From Clostridium amylolyticum (GTDB lineage Bacteria > Bacillota > Clostridia > Clostridiales > Clostridiaceae): DNA of 32,000 nt. Positions within the stretch are counted from its first letter, which is position 1. Every line of letters begins with the position of its first letter. The notes under the pieces are model-generated. The model made no database searches. It was not told the origin of the DNA and was given only the letters and a program-made list of their open reading frames with translations. The stretch covers positions 67,738 to 99,737 of the forward strand of contig NZ_FQZO01000002.1 in NCBI RefSeq assembly GCF_900142075.1. Reading direction: 5' to 3'. This document shows, piece by piece, positions 1 through 10,025 of this stretch. A program made the translations under genes and the position numbers.

Positions 1-387
1 GTGAAGTACCTCTGCATTAGATAAAAGCCTTTCCGCTCTGGCTCTAGCAGTAGAAGTAGCCACAGCTTTTTTAAACCCTTTTTCATCTATGTAGTCTAGT
101 AATTCTTTTAGCCCTTGTTTTTCAGGAACCTTCCCTTGTTCTAAAAGGTTGGCTAAATGTGTATGCCAATATTCATTGATTTTCTCATAAGGGAAATCCT
201 GTCCCATATGCTTTTTTAATACTACCGCACTATCCAAGTCATTAAGACCTATGGTTTCTAATATGTATTCCTTTTTAATATCAAAACCTCTTTCTTTACC
301 TATGCTTACCCATGAATCTACAGCTAGTCTTTCAGTATCAAACATAAGTCCATCCATATCAAATATTACAAGCTTTATGTTTTTCAA
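1..387 (-). CDS. HAD-superfamily hydrolase (beta-phosphoglucomutase-like), partial; C-terminus cut by the window edge
   Basis: My reverse-strand translation from TTG at 387 reads LKNIKLVIFDMDGLMFDTERLAVDSW..., containing the HAD motif I (DxDG). GGGAGGTG RBS lies just upstream (391-398). The frame stays open to position 1. Not in the supplied ORF track. Confidence 0.8.
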   Translation of the reverse strand, partial: MKNIKLVIFDMDGLMFDTERLAVDSWVSIGKERGFDIKKEYILETIGLNDLDSAVVLKKHMGQDFPYEKINEYWHTHLANLLEQGKVPEKQGLKELLDYIDEKGFKKAVATSTARARAERLLSNAEVLH

Positions 388-421
388 ATTAACACCTCCC
401 TTTTGTTAATTATAACATAAT

Positions 422-1264
422 CTATATTAATTTTATTCCTTCATAAATATGGTTGGATAAGACAGCAAATTCTTCTATAGAAAGTGTTTCTCCCCTTCTT
501 CTAGAATCTATATTGCTATTTTCAAAAGCGTTATCTAAAACTTCCTTAGGTAACTTTAAACTTTTTAGAGCATTAGATAAGGTCTTTCTCCTCATATTAA
601 AAGACTCTCTTATTACCCTGAAAAATAGTTTTTCATCCTTTACCTGTACTTTTGGCTTTGGAAGCTTATCTAATCTTATTACTATGGAATCCACCTTAGG
701 ACGTGGCATGAAAGAACTTGGAGCTACTTTTCTAATTACTTCACTATTACAATAATACTGAACTAATAATGAAAGTGCACCGTATTCTTTAGTGCTAGGA
801 TTAGCATTTATCCTTTCAGCAACTTCTTTTTGTATCATTATAGTTAAAGATTTAAAATCATAGCCTTCATTAAGCAATGTGGCAATAATAGGAGTTGTAA
901 CATAGTAAGGTAAATTTGCTACTAGCTTTACACTTTCACCTTCAGTTATAAGCTCGTTAAAATCTACTTTTAAAGCATCTTTATGTATTAAAGTAAATTT
1001 TTCATCTTGTCCAAGCTCCTCTGTAAGTATAGGTATAAGATCCGAGTCCAATTCTATAGCAGTAACTTTTTTTGCTTTCTTCAGAAGCTCTTTAGTTAAT
1101 GTTCCCACTCCTGGGCCAATTTCTATAACGTGATCCTCTTCACTTATTTCTGCTCCTTGTACTATGTCATTTAACACTGACTGGTCTACAAGAAAGTTCT
1201 GTCCTAAGCTCTTACTAAAACGAAAATTATGTTTTTTTACTAATTCTACAGTGTTTATATCCAT
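422..1264 (-). CDS. rsmA: 16S rRNA (adenine1518/1519-N6)-dimethyltransferase
   Basis: 280-aa ORF with the KSLGQNFL start region and the SAM-binding [10 protein letters not shown] motif typical of KsgA/RsmA. It sits directly after rnmV, as in the Bacillus/Clostridium yabE-rnmV-ksgA cluster. Confidence 0.95.
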   Translation of the reverse strand: MDINTVELVKKHNFRFSKSLGQNFLVDQSVLNDIVQGAEISEEDHVIEIGPGVGTLTKELLKKAKKVTAIELDSDLIPILTEELGQDEKFTLIHKDALKVDFNELITEGESVKLVANLPYYVTTPIIATLLNEGYDFKSLTIMIQKEVAERINANPSTKEYGALSLLVQYYCNSEVIRKVAPSSFMPRPKVDSIVIRLDKLPKPKVQVKDEKLFFRVIRESFNMRRKTLSNALKSLKLPKEVLDNAFENSNIDSRRRGETLSIEEFAVLSNHIYEGIKLI

Positions 1265-1267
1265 AAG

Positions 1268-1819
1268 CTATTCACCTTTACTTTCATAGTTTAGTTTTTC
1301 AAGTGCCTTAGAAAACTCTTCTTTGGTTATTCCATAATTATTTAATCTGGAAAGAAACTGCCTAGAATTACAGCAGCCTATGCCTAACTCTCTTCCTAAA
1401 AAATCTCTTCTTTCTTTAGCATTATTATCCCCAGACAACTTTAAAAAAACTAGGTCCTGAAGGGTGAAAGTTTCTCTCTTTTCTTCTAAAGTAATCTTTG
1501 CATTTTCTAGTGCTCTTAATATAGCTTCCGGGCAAGCATTTTCCACTCCGATGTCATCTTCTTTTTTTCCTTCTTTTTGAGTTATATAAGCATGCTTTAT
1601 ACCTGGTACCCTCTTAGATATTATCCTTCTTATCTTTTCCCCTGCAAAATCAGGGTCTGTAAGCACTATAACACCCTTTCTATTTTGAGCCTCTTTAATG
1701 CGTTCTATGACCTTGGCATTAATACCAAAACCGCCCACAGCTATACACTCAGCATCTATCGCTCTCTTTACCGCTGTGACATCATCTCTTCCTTCCACTA
1801 CAATAACTTCTTTTATCAA
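1268..1819 (-). CDS. rnmV: Ribonuclease M5 (Toprim domain, 5S rRNA maturase)
   Basis: IKEVIVVEGRDD...VLTDPDFAGEKIR Toprim signature. The ORF is open up to 1876, but family N-termini begin at M/L-IKE. A TTG at 1819 is preceded by AAGGAAG. The start is uncertain (alternatives 1867 and 1876). Confidence 0.85.
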   Translation of the reverse strand: MIKEVIVVEGRDDVTAVKRAIDAECIAVGGFGINAKVIERIKEAQNRKGVIVLTDPDFAGEKIRRIISKRVPGIKHAYITQKEGKKEDDIGVENACPEAILRALENAKITLEEKRETFTLQDLVFLKLSGDNNAKERRDFLGRELGIGCCNSRQFLSRLNNYGITKEEFSKALEKLNYESKGE

Positions 1820-1935
1820 AGTAGCACTACTTCCTTTCAACACTAAATGAATATTATATCTGTTCATGCTTTCCAATCTTTATATACTTTAAACTTATTT
1901 TTAAGTATTTGTCAATATTTAAGCTTAAGGTACCG

Positions 1936-1977
1936 TAAAAATATAATAGAGGCAGCAATATCTGCTGCCTCTATTAT
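1936..1977 (-). terminator. Rho-independent terminator after the yabE-like gene
   Basis: Perfect 15-bp stem ATAATAGAGGCAGCA / TGCTGCCTCTATTAT (1943-1957 / 1963-1977). On the minus strand it is followed by ATATTTTTA. Confidence 0.6.
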
Positions 1978-1981
1978 CAAG

Positions 1982-3022
1982 TTATTTTGCAAGAATATGC
2001 ACCTTTACGGTTCTTACTCCCCATGAGTAACATTCACTGTGACTATTTAAGAAAACATCAATTCTATTTCCTTTAATAGCTCCTCCTGTATCCTGAGCAA
2101 TGGCATAACCATAACCCTCAACAAAAACTCTTGTACCAAGTGGAATAATCCTTGGATCTACAGCTATGGTACTCCATCCTTCAGGTATTCTTACAGGCTT
2201 TACCCCTGTAGCGGTTCTTGCACCGCCGTCATCTCCTGCCCAATATGCAGTAGCTTTAACTGTCAATACATTGCTTCCTAGTGGAGCTCCATTAGGTTTA
2301 ACCTTAACGGGAACCCCTCCTCTTGACATAGCTACCACTGTCATTGCACCTTCTGATACCACCTTTGTGACAGGTTCTTTAACAACTTTTTCTTCAACTA
2401 TATCTCTGCTTATCTCCCTGCCATTTTCATAAACCACCTTTGTGGTTATTTCCTTTTCACCAGGAACACCTTCCTGTAGAACTTTACTGTTACCTTTTTC
2501 CAGTTCATCATCTTTCTTTACTTCGGTGGCGAAGTCAATGGGTGCATTTGCTTTTACAAATTGGGTATTAACTCTTGTAATAACTACCTTCATTCCCTCT
2601 TTAAGAGGTGTGTCTACTGCAGGTTCTATCTTATCTTCTTCTTGTAAAGATATACCTTCAGCTTGCAATAAATCTTTAAGACTGTCCTCGTTAGCTAAAA
2701 TATCTAGTTCTTTACCATCTACAGCCAAGGAAACATTCACAGCTCTTTTAATAAAGACTTTTTCTTTATCTTTCAGCTCCGCTTCAATTCCCGGTTGTAT
2801 TTTATCCTTAGGGCCTAAAACTATTCCGTTATCTTGTAACGCCCCTGCAACAGTCCTTTTATATGTTACTATGGTTTTTTCTTCTCCGTCTATGTTTACT
2901 GCTATAGTTTTTCTCATGTTATAAATAAGAAGTACTAATGTTACTGCGACTAATGCTAAAATAAATGTTGCCTTAGGACCGTTGAAAAGATACTTTTTGA
3001 AGTATATTTTCAATTTTTCCAC
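1982..3022 (-). CDS. YabE-like secreted cell-wall protein (N-terminal TM, DUF348 repeats, G5 domain, C-terminal 3D/RlpA-like domain)
   Basis: Translation has a TM anchor, repeated DUF348-like blocks (VTI..DG....V.T....V...L...GI), a G5-like middle and a C-terminal 3D-type end (ATAYWAGDDGG...VAVDPRIIPLGTRVFVEGYGYAIAQDTGGAIKGNRIDVF). I place the start at GTG 3022 because GGGAGG lies 7 nt upstream. The ORF is open to 3043. Confidence 0.85.
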   Translation of the reverse strand: MEKLKIYFKKYLFNGPKATFILALVAVTLVLLIYNMRKTIAVNIDGEEKTIVTYKRTVAGALQDNGIVLGPKDKIQPGIEAELKDKEKVFIKRAVNVSLAVDGKELDILANEDSLKDLLQAEGISLQEEDKIEPAVDTPLKEGMKVVITRVNTQFVKANAPIDFATEVKKDDELEKGNSKVLQEGVPGEKEITTKVVYENGREISRDIVEEKVVKEPVTKVVSEGAMTVVAMSRGGVPVKVKPNGAPLGSNVLTVKATAYWAGDDGGARTATGVKPVRIPEGWSTIAVDPRIIPLGTRVFVEGYGYAIAQDTGGAIKGNRIDVFLNSHSECYSWGVRTVKVHILAK

Positions 3023-3056
3023 TAAACTACCTCCCTTTGGCAAGAGTGACCATTGA

Positions 3057-3086
3057 ATTATATATCACACTGGACAAGTTTGTCAA
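3057..3086 (-). promoter_or_regulatory. Sigma-A-type promoter for the yabE-like gene
   Basis: On the minus strand, TTGACA (3086-3081), an 18-nt spacer, then TATAAT (3062-3057). Confidence 0.45.
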
Positions 3087-3353
3087 ATTTTCACTCTCGC
3101 ATTTGAATTAGACTGTATAAAATGCAGCAACGTGCATAAAAAAATGTCTAAAAATATAATATGATAACGAAGCACAGTCTTTACTATACAAAGGGGGTTA
3201 CTCACAATAGTCCTAGCTTATAATAATATATAATATATTCCCTTAATTTATTCCTGTACCTAATCTAAAGTAGAGAAATACATCTATTAATCATGCCCTA
3301 TTTTTTAAATATTATTCATATTTTGGAAATATATGTAACGTTTTATAGTAAAA

Positions 3354-4133
3354 TTATAAGTTAAGCAACCTTTTACTATTTTCTATGGTAATAACGCTGA
3401 TTTCCTTAGGAGACATACCTTTTATTTCAGAAATTTTTTCTATAATCTGAAGTATAAAATCTGATTGATTTCTTTTTCCTCGGTTAGGAACAGGTGCCAT
3501 ATAAGGTGCATCTGTCTCTACAAGTATTCTATCTAAAGGTACTATTTTAGCTGTTTCCACTATTTTTTTAGCATTCTTAAAAGTAACTACTCCAGTAAAA
3601 CCTATATAATAACCAAGCTTTATACATTCCATTGCAAATTCAGGGCTGCCAGAAAAGCAGTGAAGAACACCCTTTACCTTAGGAAACTCCTTTATAATTT
3701 CTAAAGTATCTCCATGGGCATCCCTATCATGAATTACTACAGGAAGGCCTAATTCTTCAGCTAATTGCATTTGGGTTCTGAATACCTTTTTTTGAACTTC
3801 CTTGGGTGGATTTTCTTCCCAATAGTAGTCAAGTCCTATTTCTCCTATAGCTTTAACCTTATGATTTTTAGCCATATTCTTTATTTCATTAAGGGATTCT
3901 TCATTGAGTTCATAGGCCTCTTCAGGATGAATACCTACAGCAGCATATACAAAATCATACTTTTTTGCTAAGTTATAAGAGGTTCTAGCTCCTTGAAGGG
4001 TTGAACCACAATTTAATATTCCCACTATACCTTTTTCTTTTAAGTTAGGTAACAATGAATCCCTATCCTCATGAAAAGCTTCATCATCATAATGGGCATG
4101 AGAATCAAATATTAATATACTATCTTCTTTCAT
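3354..4133 (-). CDS. tatD: TatD-family metal-dependent DNase/hydrolase (YabD)
   Basis: FDSHAHYDD...GEIGLDYY...VIHDRDAH...ETDAPYM motifs. ATG at 4133 has GAGGTGA 8 nt upstream. The GTG at 4145 lacks an RBS. Confidence 0.9.
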   Translation of the reverse strand: MKEDSILIFDSHAHYDDEAFHEDRDSLLPNLKEKGIVGILNCGSTLQGARTSYNLAKKYDFVYAAVGIHPEEAYELNEESLNEIKNMAKNHKVKAIGEIGLDYYWEENPPKEVQKKVFRTQMQLAEELGLPVVIHDRDAHGDTLEIIKEFPKVKGVLHCFSGSPEFAMECIKLGYYIGFTGVVTFKNAKKIVETAKIVPLDRILVETDAPYMAPVPNRGKRNQSDFILQIIEKISEIKGMSPKEISVITIENSKRLLNL

Positions 4134-4332
4134 TGGATAAATCACCTCATAAAGTTACATTTCCCTGAAATTTAATATTCATATTATATCATATACATTT
4201 TCTTTGGAAAGTTAAAGTTGTGAACACTTTTTAAAATTATTGTTTATTTTTCTTAAAGGGGTGAATATTTAGTGGAATTTGAGGTAGAATATAGATGGAA
4301 AGTAATTTTTACAGTTATATGGAGGTATTTAA

Positions 4333-4533
4333 ATGTTAGGAAAAGTAAAATGGTTCAATGCCCAAAAGGGATATGGATTCATTACCACAGAAGAGGGCAA
4401 GGACATATTCGTTCATTACTCAGGTATTGAGGGAGACGGTTTCAAATCCCTTAACGAAGGAGATCCTGTTAAATTCGAAGTTACTGAAGGCTCCAAAGGC
4501 GAGCAAGCTATAAATGTAACTAAAGCTGAATAA
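4333..4533 (+). CDS. Cold-shock protein (CSD, CspA family)
   Basis: 66 aa with [12 protein letters not shown] (RNP1) and IFVHYS (RNP2). GGAGG RBS upstream. Confidence 0.95.
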   Translation: MLGKVKWFNAQKGYGFITTEEGKDIFVHYSGIEGDGFKSLNEGDPVKFEVTEGSKGEQAINVTKAE

Positions 4534-4570
4534 GCTTTACTATAAAGTAATTTTTGCAGGAAAAGTTTTA

Positions 4571-4610
4571 GAGGCTGTAGGGCATTGCCCTACAGCCTCT
4601 TAGTTTTTTT
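4571..4610. terminator. Bidirectional terminator between csp (+) and the DUF445 gene (-)
   Basis: GAGGCTGTAGGGCA / TGCCCTACAGCCTC inverted repeat (4571-4599), followed by TTAGTTTTTTT and preceded by an A-rich run. Confidence 0.75.
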
Positions 4611-6129
4611 AATATATACTTGATAAAATAGGAGAAAGCACTCCTAAAATACCTCCTAATAAAGCTCCCAGCCAAGTAATGGCACTAAGCTCCTTATGGG
4701 CTATATCTAGGATTATCTTTTCTGCATAATCTACTTCAAAAGAATTAACTTGCTCTTCTACTATTTTAGGTATATTAATAACCTTAATAATCTCTGGTGC
4801 CTCTTTTTCTATAAACTTATTTACGCCAGAATATATAATGTCAAAACTTACATTTTCTAGCTTTTCTTTATCCTTTTCAAAGAATGTTTTTATCTGCATC
4901 CCTTCAAGGTTATTTATACTTTTATCTACAAAAACATTTATATTTCCCTCTAATTCTTCAGAGTTTACAAGAGATTCTAAGGTAGTATATACATAGGACT
5001 CCAAGCGATTTCTCCAATTATCTGAAAATTTATTTAGAGTATCTTCTAAGGTCCCCATATCTCCTATATTCTTGCCTATTAGAGATAAACACTCTTTTAC
5101 AAATTCTTCACTTACTATTTTCTCTTTAATAAAATCACTTAGGTATGAGTAAACTTCCTCTATGCTGTTTTCTGGTACTCCTTTAATGATTTCTTCAACC
5201 TTCTTACTGGATATCCTATCTAAAACACTTATAATGAGTATTGAAATATTTTGTACCCCTTCATCTTTTTGTAGATAATCACCTACATATCCAGTAAGTT
5301 TTCCAAGAAGCATGTCTACACTGATAAATTTAGCTATAAGGGGATTAAAATTACTGCTTAAGGCATCTTCTAAAAACATCCTTATTTGCTCCTGAATCTT
5401 AGGCTGTTTTAGCATATTTTCTAAATCTGAAGCTATATCATACCTTGAATTGTATATGTATACCTTTAAAGCATTGTACAAGCCTCCGGGAATCACTTCG
5501 AATAAGGTTTTGTCGCTTTTAAAGATATTCTCTGCATTTTGTTTAATTAGATTTAAGGTTAATGCTTCAAATTCTTTTTCTTCTTTAAAATTTAATATAG
5601 ATTCTTCAATCTTGGAATTTATTTGAGAAGATTGTATATATTCTATGATTTCTCCATTATTTTTATTTAATAAAAAATTTACATTTTCCATTAAAAGTTT
5701 AGAAGCAGATTTTATTACTTCCTCGCTTCTTATCTTTGATATAATCATGGAATTTATATATTTTACAAGTTTGTTTCTAAAGCTCTCATAGGAATCTTTT
5801 AGCGCTTCACTCATAATTTCTCTAATACTGTTAGTTTTATTTGAAAGAGCATTTAACTTTTCACTTATCCATTTTCTAATATGATTTTTCATCAAATCAT
5901 TTGATAAAGCATTAGTTATAGTTTCAGTGGTTAAAAGATGTTCTCCTATAGCTTCTCCTACACTTTTAGCTATTCTTTTCTGCTCCTTTGGTATTAACCC
6001 TGGAGTAAAGGGTATCTTTAAACCTAAAAACCTTTTCTCACTGTAGGGTTTAAATAGCATTTTTATAGCTAACCAATTAGTTATATACCCTATAATGGCT
6101 CCCACTACCGCTCCTATTATATATTTCAA
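4609..6129 (-). CDS. DUF445-family membrane protein (YheB-like)
   Basis: N-terminal GYITNWLAIKMLFKPY and C-terminal ITWLGALLGGILG hallmarks of DUF445. TTG start with AGGATG-type RBS. Confidence 0.8.
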   Translation of the reverse strand: MKYIIGAVVGAIIGYITNWLAIKMLFKPYSEKRFLGLKIPFTPGLIPKEQKRIAKSVGEAIGEHLLTTETITNALSNDLMKNHIRKWISEKLNALSNKTNSIREIMSEALKDSYESFRNKLVKYINSMIISKIRSEEVIKSASKLLMENVNFLLNKNNGEIIEYIQSSQINSKIEESILNFKEEKEFEALTLNLIKQNAENIFKSDKTLFEVIPGGLYNALKVYIYNSRYDIASDLENMLKQPKIQEQIRMFLEDALSSNFNPLIAKFISVDMLLGKLTGYVGDYLQKDEGVQNISILIISVLDRISSKKVEEIIKGVPENSIEEVYSYLSDFIKEKIVSEEFVKECLSLIGKNIGDMGTLEDTLNKFSDNWRNRLESYVYTTLESLVNSEELEGNINVFVDKSINNLEGMQIKTFFEKDKEKLENVSFDIIYSGVNKFIEKEAPEIIKVINIPKIVEEQVNSFEVDYAEKIILDIAHKELSAITWLGALLGGILGVLSPILSSIY

Positions 6130-6277
6130 TTTTCTTCATCCTTTCTGTTTTAAAAGCTATACCGCATTTAAATATTATAGTTTTTTGTTCTTATTAGTTC
6201 AATACCTTATTATCTATTGATTTAATATTGCCATACTTTATAATAATAATTACTTAATCTCAAAAAGAGGTGATAAT

Positions 6278-6973
6278 TTGAAAACTTATAATTTTCAAGA
6301 ATATATTAAGGTATTAAAGGATTCTAAATTATTTAAGACCTTTAGCGATGAATCTTTAAATATGTTATTACAAAGTATCTCTTGTAAAATAATCTCCTAT
6401 TATTCTGAGGATGTTATCTTCAGCGAAGGAGAAAAATGTACTAATTTAAGTATAATACTTTCAGGAGAAATTGAAATACAAAAACTAGAACCCTCTGGAA
6501 AAGTACTTACGGTTTCAAATCTTCATGAAGGTGAAGTCTTTGGAGAGAACCTTCTTTTTGGAGATAGAAATTTTTATCCCATGGATGTTATAAGCAAAAA
6601 ACAAAGTACAGTGCTTCATATTTCTAAAGATTATGTAGAAAAACTTTGTACCACAAATACAGATTTTTTAAATACCCTTTTAAGGACTCTTTCCAATAAA
6701 GCTGTTGCCCTAAGCTCTAAGCTAAAACAAATAGGACTTAAGAGCCTTCGTCAAAAAATATGTGATTTTATATATATAAGCTATAAAAAAACCGGTTCTA
6801 ATAAAATAAAGTTAAATATGTCAAAAAAAGATTGGGCTGACAAGCTAGGTGTACAAAGGCCATCTTTATCAAGAGAATTAATGAAGATGAAAGAAGAGCA
6901 AATCATAGATTATGATAAAGATCATATTTATGTGCTGAACTTAGATGCTTTGGAAGATACTTTAAATTCATAA
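6278..6973 (+). CDS. Crp/Fnr-family transcriptional regulator (cNMP-binding domain plus C-terminal HTH)
   Basis: The beta-roll region (GE.FGE..LF) and the C-terminal HTH (DWADKLGVQRPSLSRELMKM) are typical. No Fnr-type N-terminal Cys cluster. TTG start with AGAGGTGA RBS. Confidence 0.85.
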   Translation: MKTYNFQEYIKVLKDSKLFKTFSDESLNMLLQSISCKIISYYSEDVIFSEGEKCTNLSIILSGEIEIQKLEPSGKVLTVSNLHEGEVFGENLLFGDRNFYPMDVISKKQSTVLHISKDYVEKLCTTNTDFLNTLLRTLSNKAVALSSKLKQIGLKSLRQKICDFIYISYKKTGSNKIKLNMSKKDWADKLGVQRPSLSRELMKMKEEQIIDYDKDHIYVLNLDALEDTLNS

Positions 6974-6981
6974 AATTTAAG

Positions 6982-7028
6982 AAGACTACTGAAAAACTTT
7001 ATATTTTTCAGTAGTCTTTTGATTTTGT
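6982..7028 (+). terminator. Rho-independent terminator of the Crp/Fnr gene
   Basis: Perfect 15-bp stem AAGACTACTGAAAAA / TTTTTCAGTAGTCTT (6982-6996 / 7004-7018), then TTTTGATTTT. Confidence 0.75.
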
Positions 7029-7045
7029 TATATATTAATAATTTA

Positions 7046-7522
7046 CTAACTTTGGATTTTTCTTACCCCCAAATAAATGAATAAAGATGGAAAAACAGAG
7101 TATACAATGCTGCTTTTAAAAATAAAGTTCTCGGCTGTGATAATAATGAGGCTCATCCATTGTGCGTTGAATAAACAAAATATATTGTAATTAAATCTAG
7201 ATAATTCCGGATTTGAATTTTGAAAAATATAGGTTAAAGAAAGCAATAAAATATTCCATAAAGTAAAGAAAACCACAGGAATAATATTTTTCATGTCTTC
7301 TTTATAAATCTTTAAGCTTTTTCCTAAAAAGTAATAGCCCAAGGCACATAATGCAAGAATTACTACTATAATAATTAAATAAATGCCTCTAGCACTGATA
7401 ATTGAACTCCCTGCATAACTTTTTAAAAATATAACTGGAGGTACTGCTAAAGAACTTATAATCAGAGCTGCAATACTTATAGACAAACTTCCCAGCATGC
7501 ACCTTAAAATATTTCTACCCAT
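7046..7522 (-). CDS. Hypothetical polytopic membrane protein
   Basis: Four to five hydrophobic segments and no recognisable family. ATG at 7522 has GAAGGTG upstream. The ORF is open to 7543. Confidence 0.6.
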   Translation of the reverse strand: MGRNILRCMLGSLSISIAALIISSLAVPPVIFLKSYAGSSIISARGIYLIIIVVILALCALGYYFLGKSLKIYKEDMKNIIPVVFFTLWNILLLSLTYIFQNSNPELSRFNYNIFCLFNAQWMSLIIITAENFIFKSSIVYSVFPSLFIYLGVRKIQS

Positions 7523-7702
7523 ATTTTCACCTTCTTTCACCAAACTATATATAGATTATATACTCTTCCTTAGTACAAACTCCTTATTTTAAAAGAGATT
7601 TTACATAGTTAACGGTAATTTATTATTTGCAAAATAAATTTAATATATTCAAAAAATCCAGGCTATGTTAATTTTAATACAGGCATTTATTCCTTCGATA
7701 TA

Positions 7703-7747
7703 TTAAAAAAACTGCTGGGTAGAATTAAATCTCCTCAGCAGTTTTTG
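7703..7747 (-). terminator. Terminator after metG
   Basis: AAAAACTGCTG...CAGCAGTTTTT hairpin (7706-7746), with a T-run on the minus strand. Confidence 0.7.
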
Positions 7748-7767
7748 TAAATTTTTTATTAAATTTA

Positions 7768-9696
7768 CTATCTCACTTGGCTTCCAGAAGGTAAATCACC
7801 AGGATTTACAGCATATAACACTGAATCATCATCAGTAGCAGCTGCCAGTATCATCCCTTGAGATAATTCTCCTCTTAATTTTACAGGTTTTAAGTTAGCC
7901 ACTAACACTACATTTTTCCCCACTAACTCTTCAGGCTTATAGTACTGAGCTATACCTGAAACTACCTGTCTCTCTTCTCCACCTAAATCCACTTTAAGCT
8001 TTAATAGTTTTTTTGCTCCTTTAACTGGTTCACAGCTTATTACCTTCACCACTCTTAGATCTATTTTGTCAAAATCATCTATGGTTATTTCTTCTTTTAT
8101 TGGCTGCATAGGAGCTTTTTCTTCTTTAGTCCTCTGGCTTAAAGCTTCAAATTCCTTTATCTTTGCTTCTAAATCTATCCTTGGGAAAAGAGTTTCTCCC
8201 CTCTTAACCTTCTTACCTGCAGAAGTGCCATCAAAGGCAGATAATGTATCCCAAGAAGTTAACTCACTATTAATTTGTTCATTTATCTTCTCGCTGGTTA
8301 CTGGCAGGAATGCTGAAACCAGTACAGATGTAAATCTTAAAGATTCAATAAGATTATAAAGCACTGTTCCTAATCTTTCCTTCTTGCTGTCATCCTTAGC
8401 AAGGATCCATGGTGTAGTTTCATCTATATATTTATTTGCTCTTCCTACTAAGTCCCAAATTGCATCTAAAGCTTCAGGGATTTTCAGTTTATCCATAGCA
8501 GCTTCTACTTTAAGAGGTGTTTCTAAAGCAAGCTTTATAAGCTCGTCATCAATAGCTTCCTTGGCTGTAGGAGCTGGAATCACTCCATCAAAGTATTTTT
8601 CTACCATGGTTACACTTCTGGATAAAAGGTTTCCTAAATCATTGGCTAGGTCTGAATTTATCTTTTTAATAAATAATTCATTGGTAAATAATCCATCAGA
8701 ACCAAAAGGTATTTCTCTTAAAAGATAATATCTTACTGCATCCACACCAAAGTGATTAACTAGGATTACAGGGTCTACTACATTACCTTTGGACTTTGAC
8801 ATCTTGCCCCCATCCACTAGCAGCCAACCATGACCAAATACCTGTTTTGGTAATGGAAGGTCTAAAGCCATTAGCATAATTGGCCAATAAATGGTATGAA
8901 ATCTTAATATATCTTTTCCTATTAAATGAACATCTGCTGGCCAATATTTTTTATAAAGTTCAGTATCATCACTGCCATAACCAAGGGCTGTAATGTAGTT
9001 AGATAATGCATCTATCCATACATATATAACGTGACTTTCATCAAAAGTAACGGGTATACCCCAGTTAAAGCTGGTTCTAGAAACGCATAAATCTTGAAGT
9101 CCTGGCTTTAGGAAATTGTTTAGCATTTCATTTCTTCTAGATTCAGGCTGAATAAACTCTGGGTGATTTTCTATATGCTCTATAAGCCTAGGAGCATATT
9201 TGCTCATCTTAAAGAAATAAGCTTCTTCCTTAGCTTTTTCCACTGGTCTTCCACAATCTGGGCACTTGCTATCCACTAGTTGTGTTTCAGTCCAAAAGGA
9301 TTCACAAGGTGTGCAGTACCAACCTTCATAGGAACTTTTATATATGTCTCCCTGTGCATACAGCTTCTTAAATATATCCTGTACTGTTTTAATGTGATAG
9401 TCATCAGTAGTTCTTATGAATTTATCATAGCTGATATTCATAAGCTTCCAAAGATCTTTAATACCAGCCACTATTTCATCCACATAAGCTTTTGGTGTTA
9501 CGCCTTTTTCTTCAGCTATCCTCTGTATTTTTTGTCCATGCTCGTCGGTACCAGTAAGGAACATTACATCGTAACCTTTTAACCTTTTAAATCTAGCCAT
9601 AGCATCTGCTGCTACAGTGGTATAGGTATTACCTATATGAAGATTTGCTGATGGGTAATAAATGGGTGTGGTAATATAATAAGTTTTTTTACACAT
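7768..9696 (-). CDS. metG: Methionine--tRNA ligase with C-terminal tRNA-binding (Trbp111/EMAP-like) domain
   Basis: YYPSANLHIGN (HIGH) and KMSKSKGN (KMSKS) motifs, plus a CPDC zinc knuckle. I place the start at ATG 9696 (MCKKTYYITTP) with AGGAGGAG RBS. The 36 extra N-terminal residues in the ORF track read through the T-box terminator. Confidence 0.95.
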   Translation of the reverse strand: MCKKTYYITTPIYYPSANLHIGNTYTTVAADAMARFKRLKGYDVMFLTGTDEHGQKIQRIAEEKGVTPKAYVDEIVAGIKDLWKLMNISYDKFIRTTDDYHIKTVQDIFKKLYAQGDIYKSSYEGWYCTPCESFWTETQLVDSKCPDCGRPVEKAKEEAYFFKMSKYAPRLIEHIENHPEFIQPESRRNEMLNNFLKPGLQDLCVSRTSFNWGIPVTFDESHVIYVWIDALSNYITALGYGSDDTELYKKYWPADVHLIGKDILRFHTIYWPIMLMALDLPLPKQVFGHGWLLVDGGKMSKSKGNVVDPVILVNHFGVDAVRYYLLREIPFGSDGLFTNELFIKKINSDLANDLGNLLSRSVTMVEKYFDGVIPAPTAKEAIDDELIKLALETPLKVEAAMDKLKIPEALDAIWDLVGRANKYIDETTPWILAKDDSKKERLGTVLYNLIESLRFTSVLVSAFLPVTSEKINEQINSELTSWDTLSAFDGTSAGKKVKRGETLFPRIDLEAKIKEFEALSQRTKEEKAPMQPIKEEITIDDFDKIDLRVVKVISCEPVKGAKKLLKLKVDLGGEERQVVSGIAQYYKPEELVGKNVVLVANLKPVKLRGELSQGMILAAATDDDSVLYAVNPGDLPSGSQVR

Positions 9697-9722
9697 TTTA
9701 TCTCCTCCTAATTTATGCTGAA

Positions 9723-10005
9723 AATTAAAAAAGCCTCTATACGGAAATATTCCCGTATAGAGGCGTATTATTCGCGTTACCACTCTATTTTTCATCTTTT
9801 TCACAAAAGACGACTCATTAAGTGACTCCGCCAGAAATATCTAGCTTTTATCACCTTGCAATATAACGGTTGCTCCCGTATTTTCCTAACCATATTAAGG
9901 CTCAGAAAATCTGCTCCAAGACCATGTTCATAAAGCTTCTTGACTCCGGCTTTCACCTTCCCCGGATCTCTTTTAGACACTCCACTTTACTACTCTTCTT
10001 TTCAA
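9723..10005 (-). promoter_or_regulatory. T-box leader (Met specifier) controlling metG
   Basis: Minus-strand RNA has AGAGAGUAG-like stem I start (AAGAAGAGUAGUAAAG), a GGUGAAAGCCGG distal element and AUG codons in the specifier region (UUUAUGAACAUGG). The T-box sequence is AGAGUGGUAACGCG (9773-9786). It is followed by terminator GCCUCUAUACGG-loop-CCGUAUAGAGGC plus UUUUUU (9723-9764). The T-box 3' half can pair with the terminator 5' arm (CGCCUCU) as an antiterminator. Confidence 0.85.
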
Positions 10006-10025
10006 AACATTTTAATTATAATATC

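Noticed and set aside
453-755. Antisense ORFs lying wholly inside well-supported genes. Examples: 453-755, 1577-1846, 2166-2432, 2442-2924, 3765-3971, 8066-8359, 8384-8728, 9280-9582, 11356-11571, 11838-12161, 18262-18498, 19287-19535, 19681-19953, 20578-20862, 23430-23636, 24251-24436, 24788-25222, 28804-29157 and 30677-30991.
   Set aside because: Each is the opposite-strand or out-of-frame shadow of a gene with clear family motifs. Their translations are low-complexity or Ser/Leu/Phe-rich with no RBS and no recognisable domains, as is typical of AT-rich genomes.
3087-3353. A possible c-di-AMP (ydaO-type) riboswitch in the ~270-nt non-coding gap upstream of the yabE-like cell-wall gene. That family is often found before such genes.
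   Set aside because: The minus-strand RNA lacks the conserved G-rich cores I remember for this class (ACGGGGA..CC, GGGGU.AAUC, CAGCUAACC..). A good promoter also sits only about 30 nt from the start codon. The gap remains unexplained but shows no structure I can support.
6065-6077. An ATAGCTAACCA match to the 5' block of the repeat element, inside the DUF445 gene.
   Set aside because: It is only an 11-12-nt match. It encodes the conserved NWLAIK segment of the protein, and none of the other repeat blocks follow, so it is probably chance.
9697-9804. A 36-residue N-terminal extension of metG in the ORF track.
   Set aside because: It overlaps the T-box terminator. The canonical MetRS N-terminus and a strong RBS are at ATG 9696.
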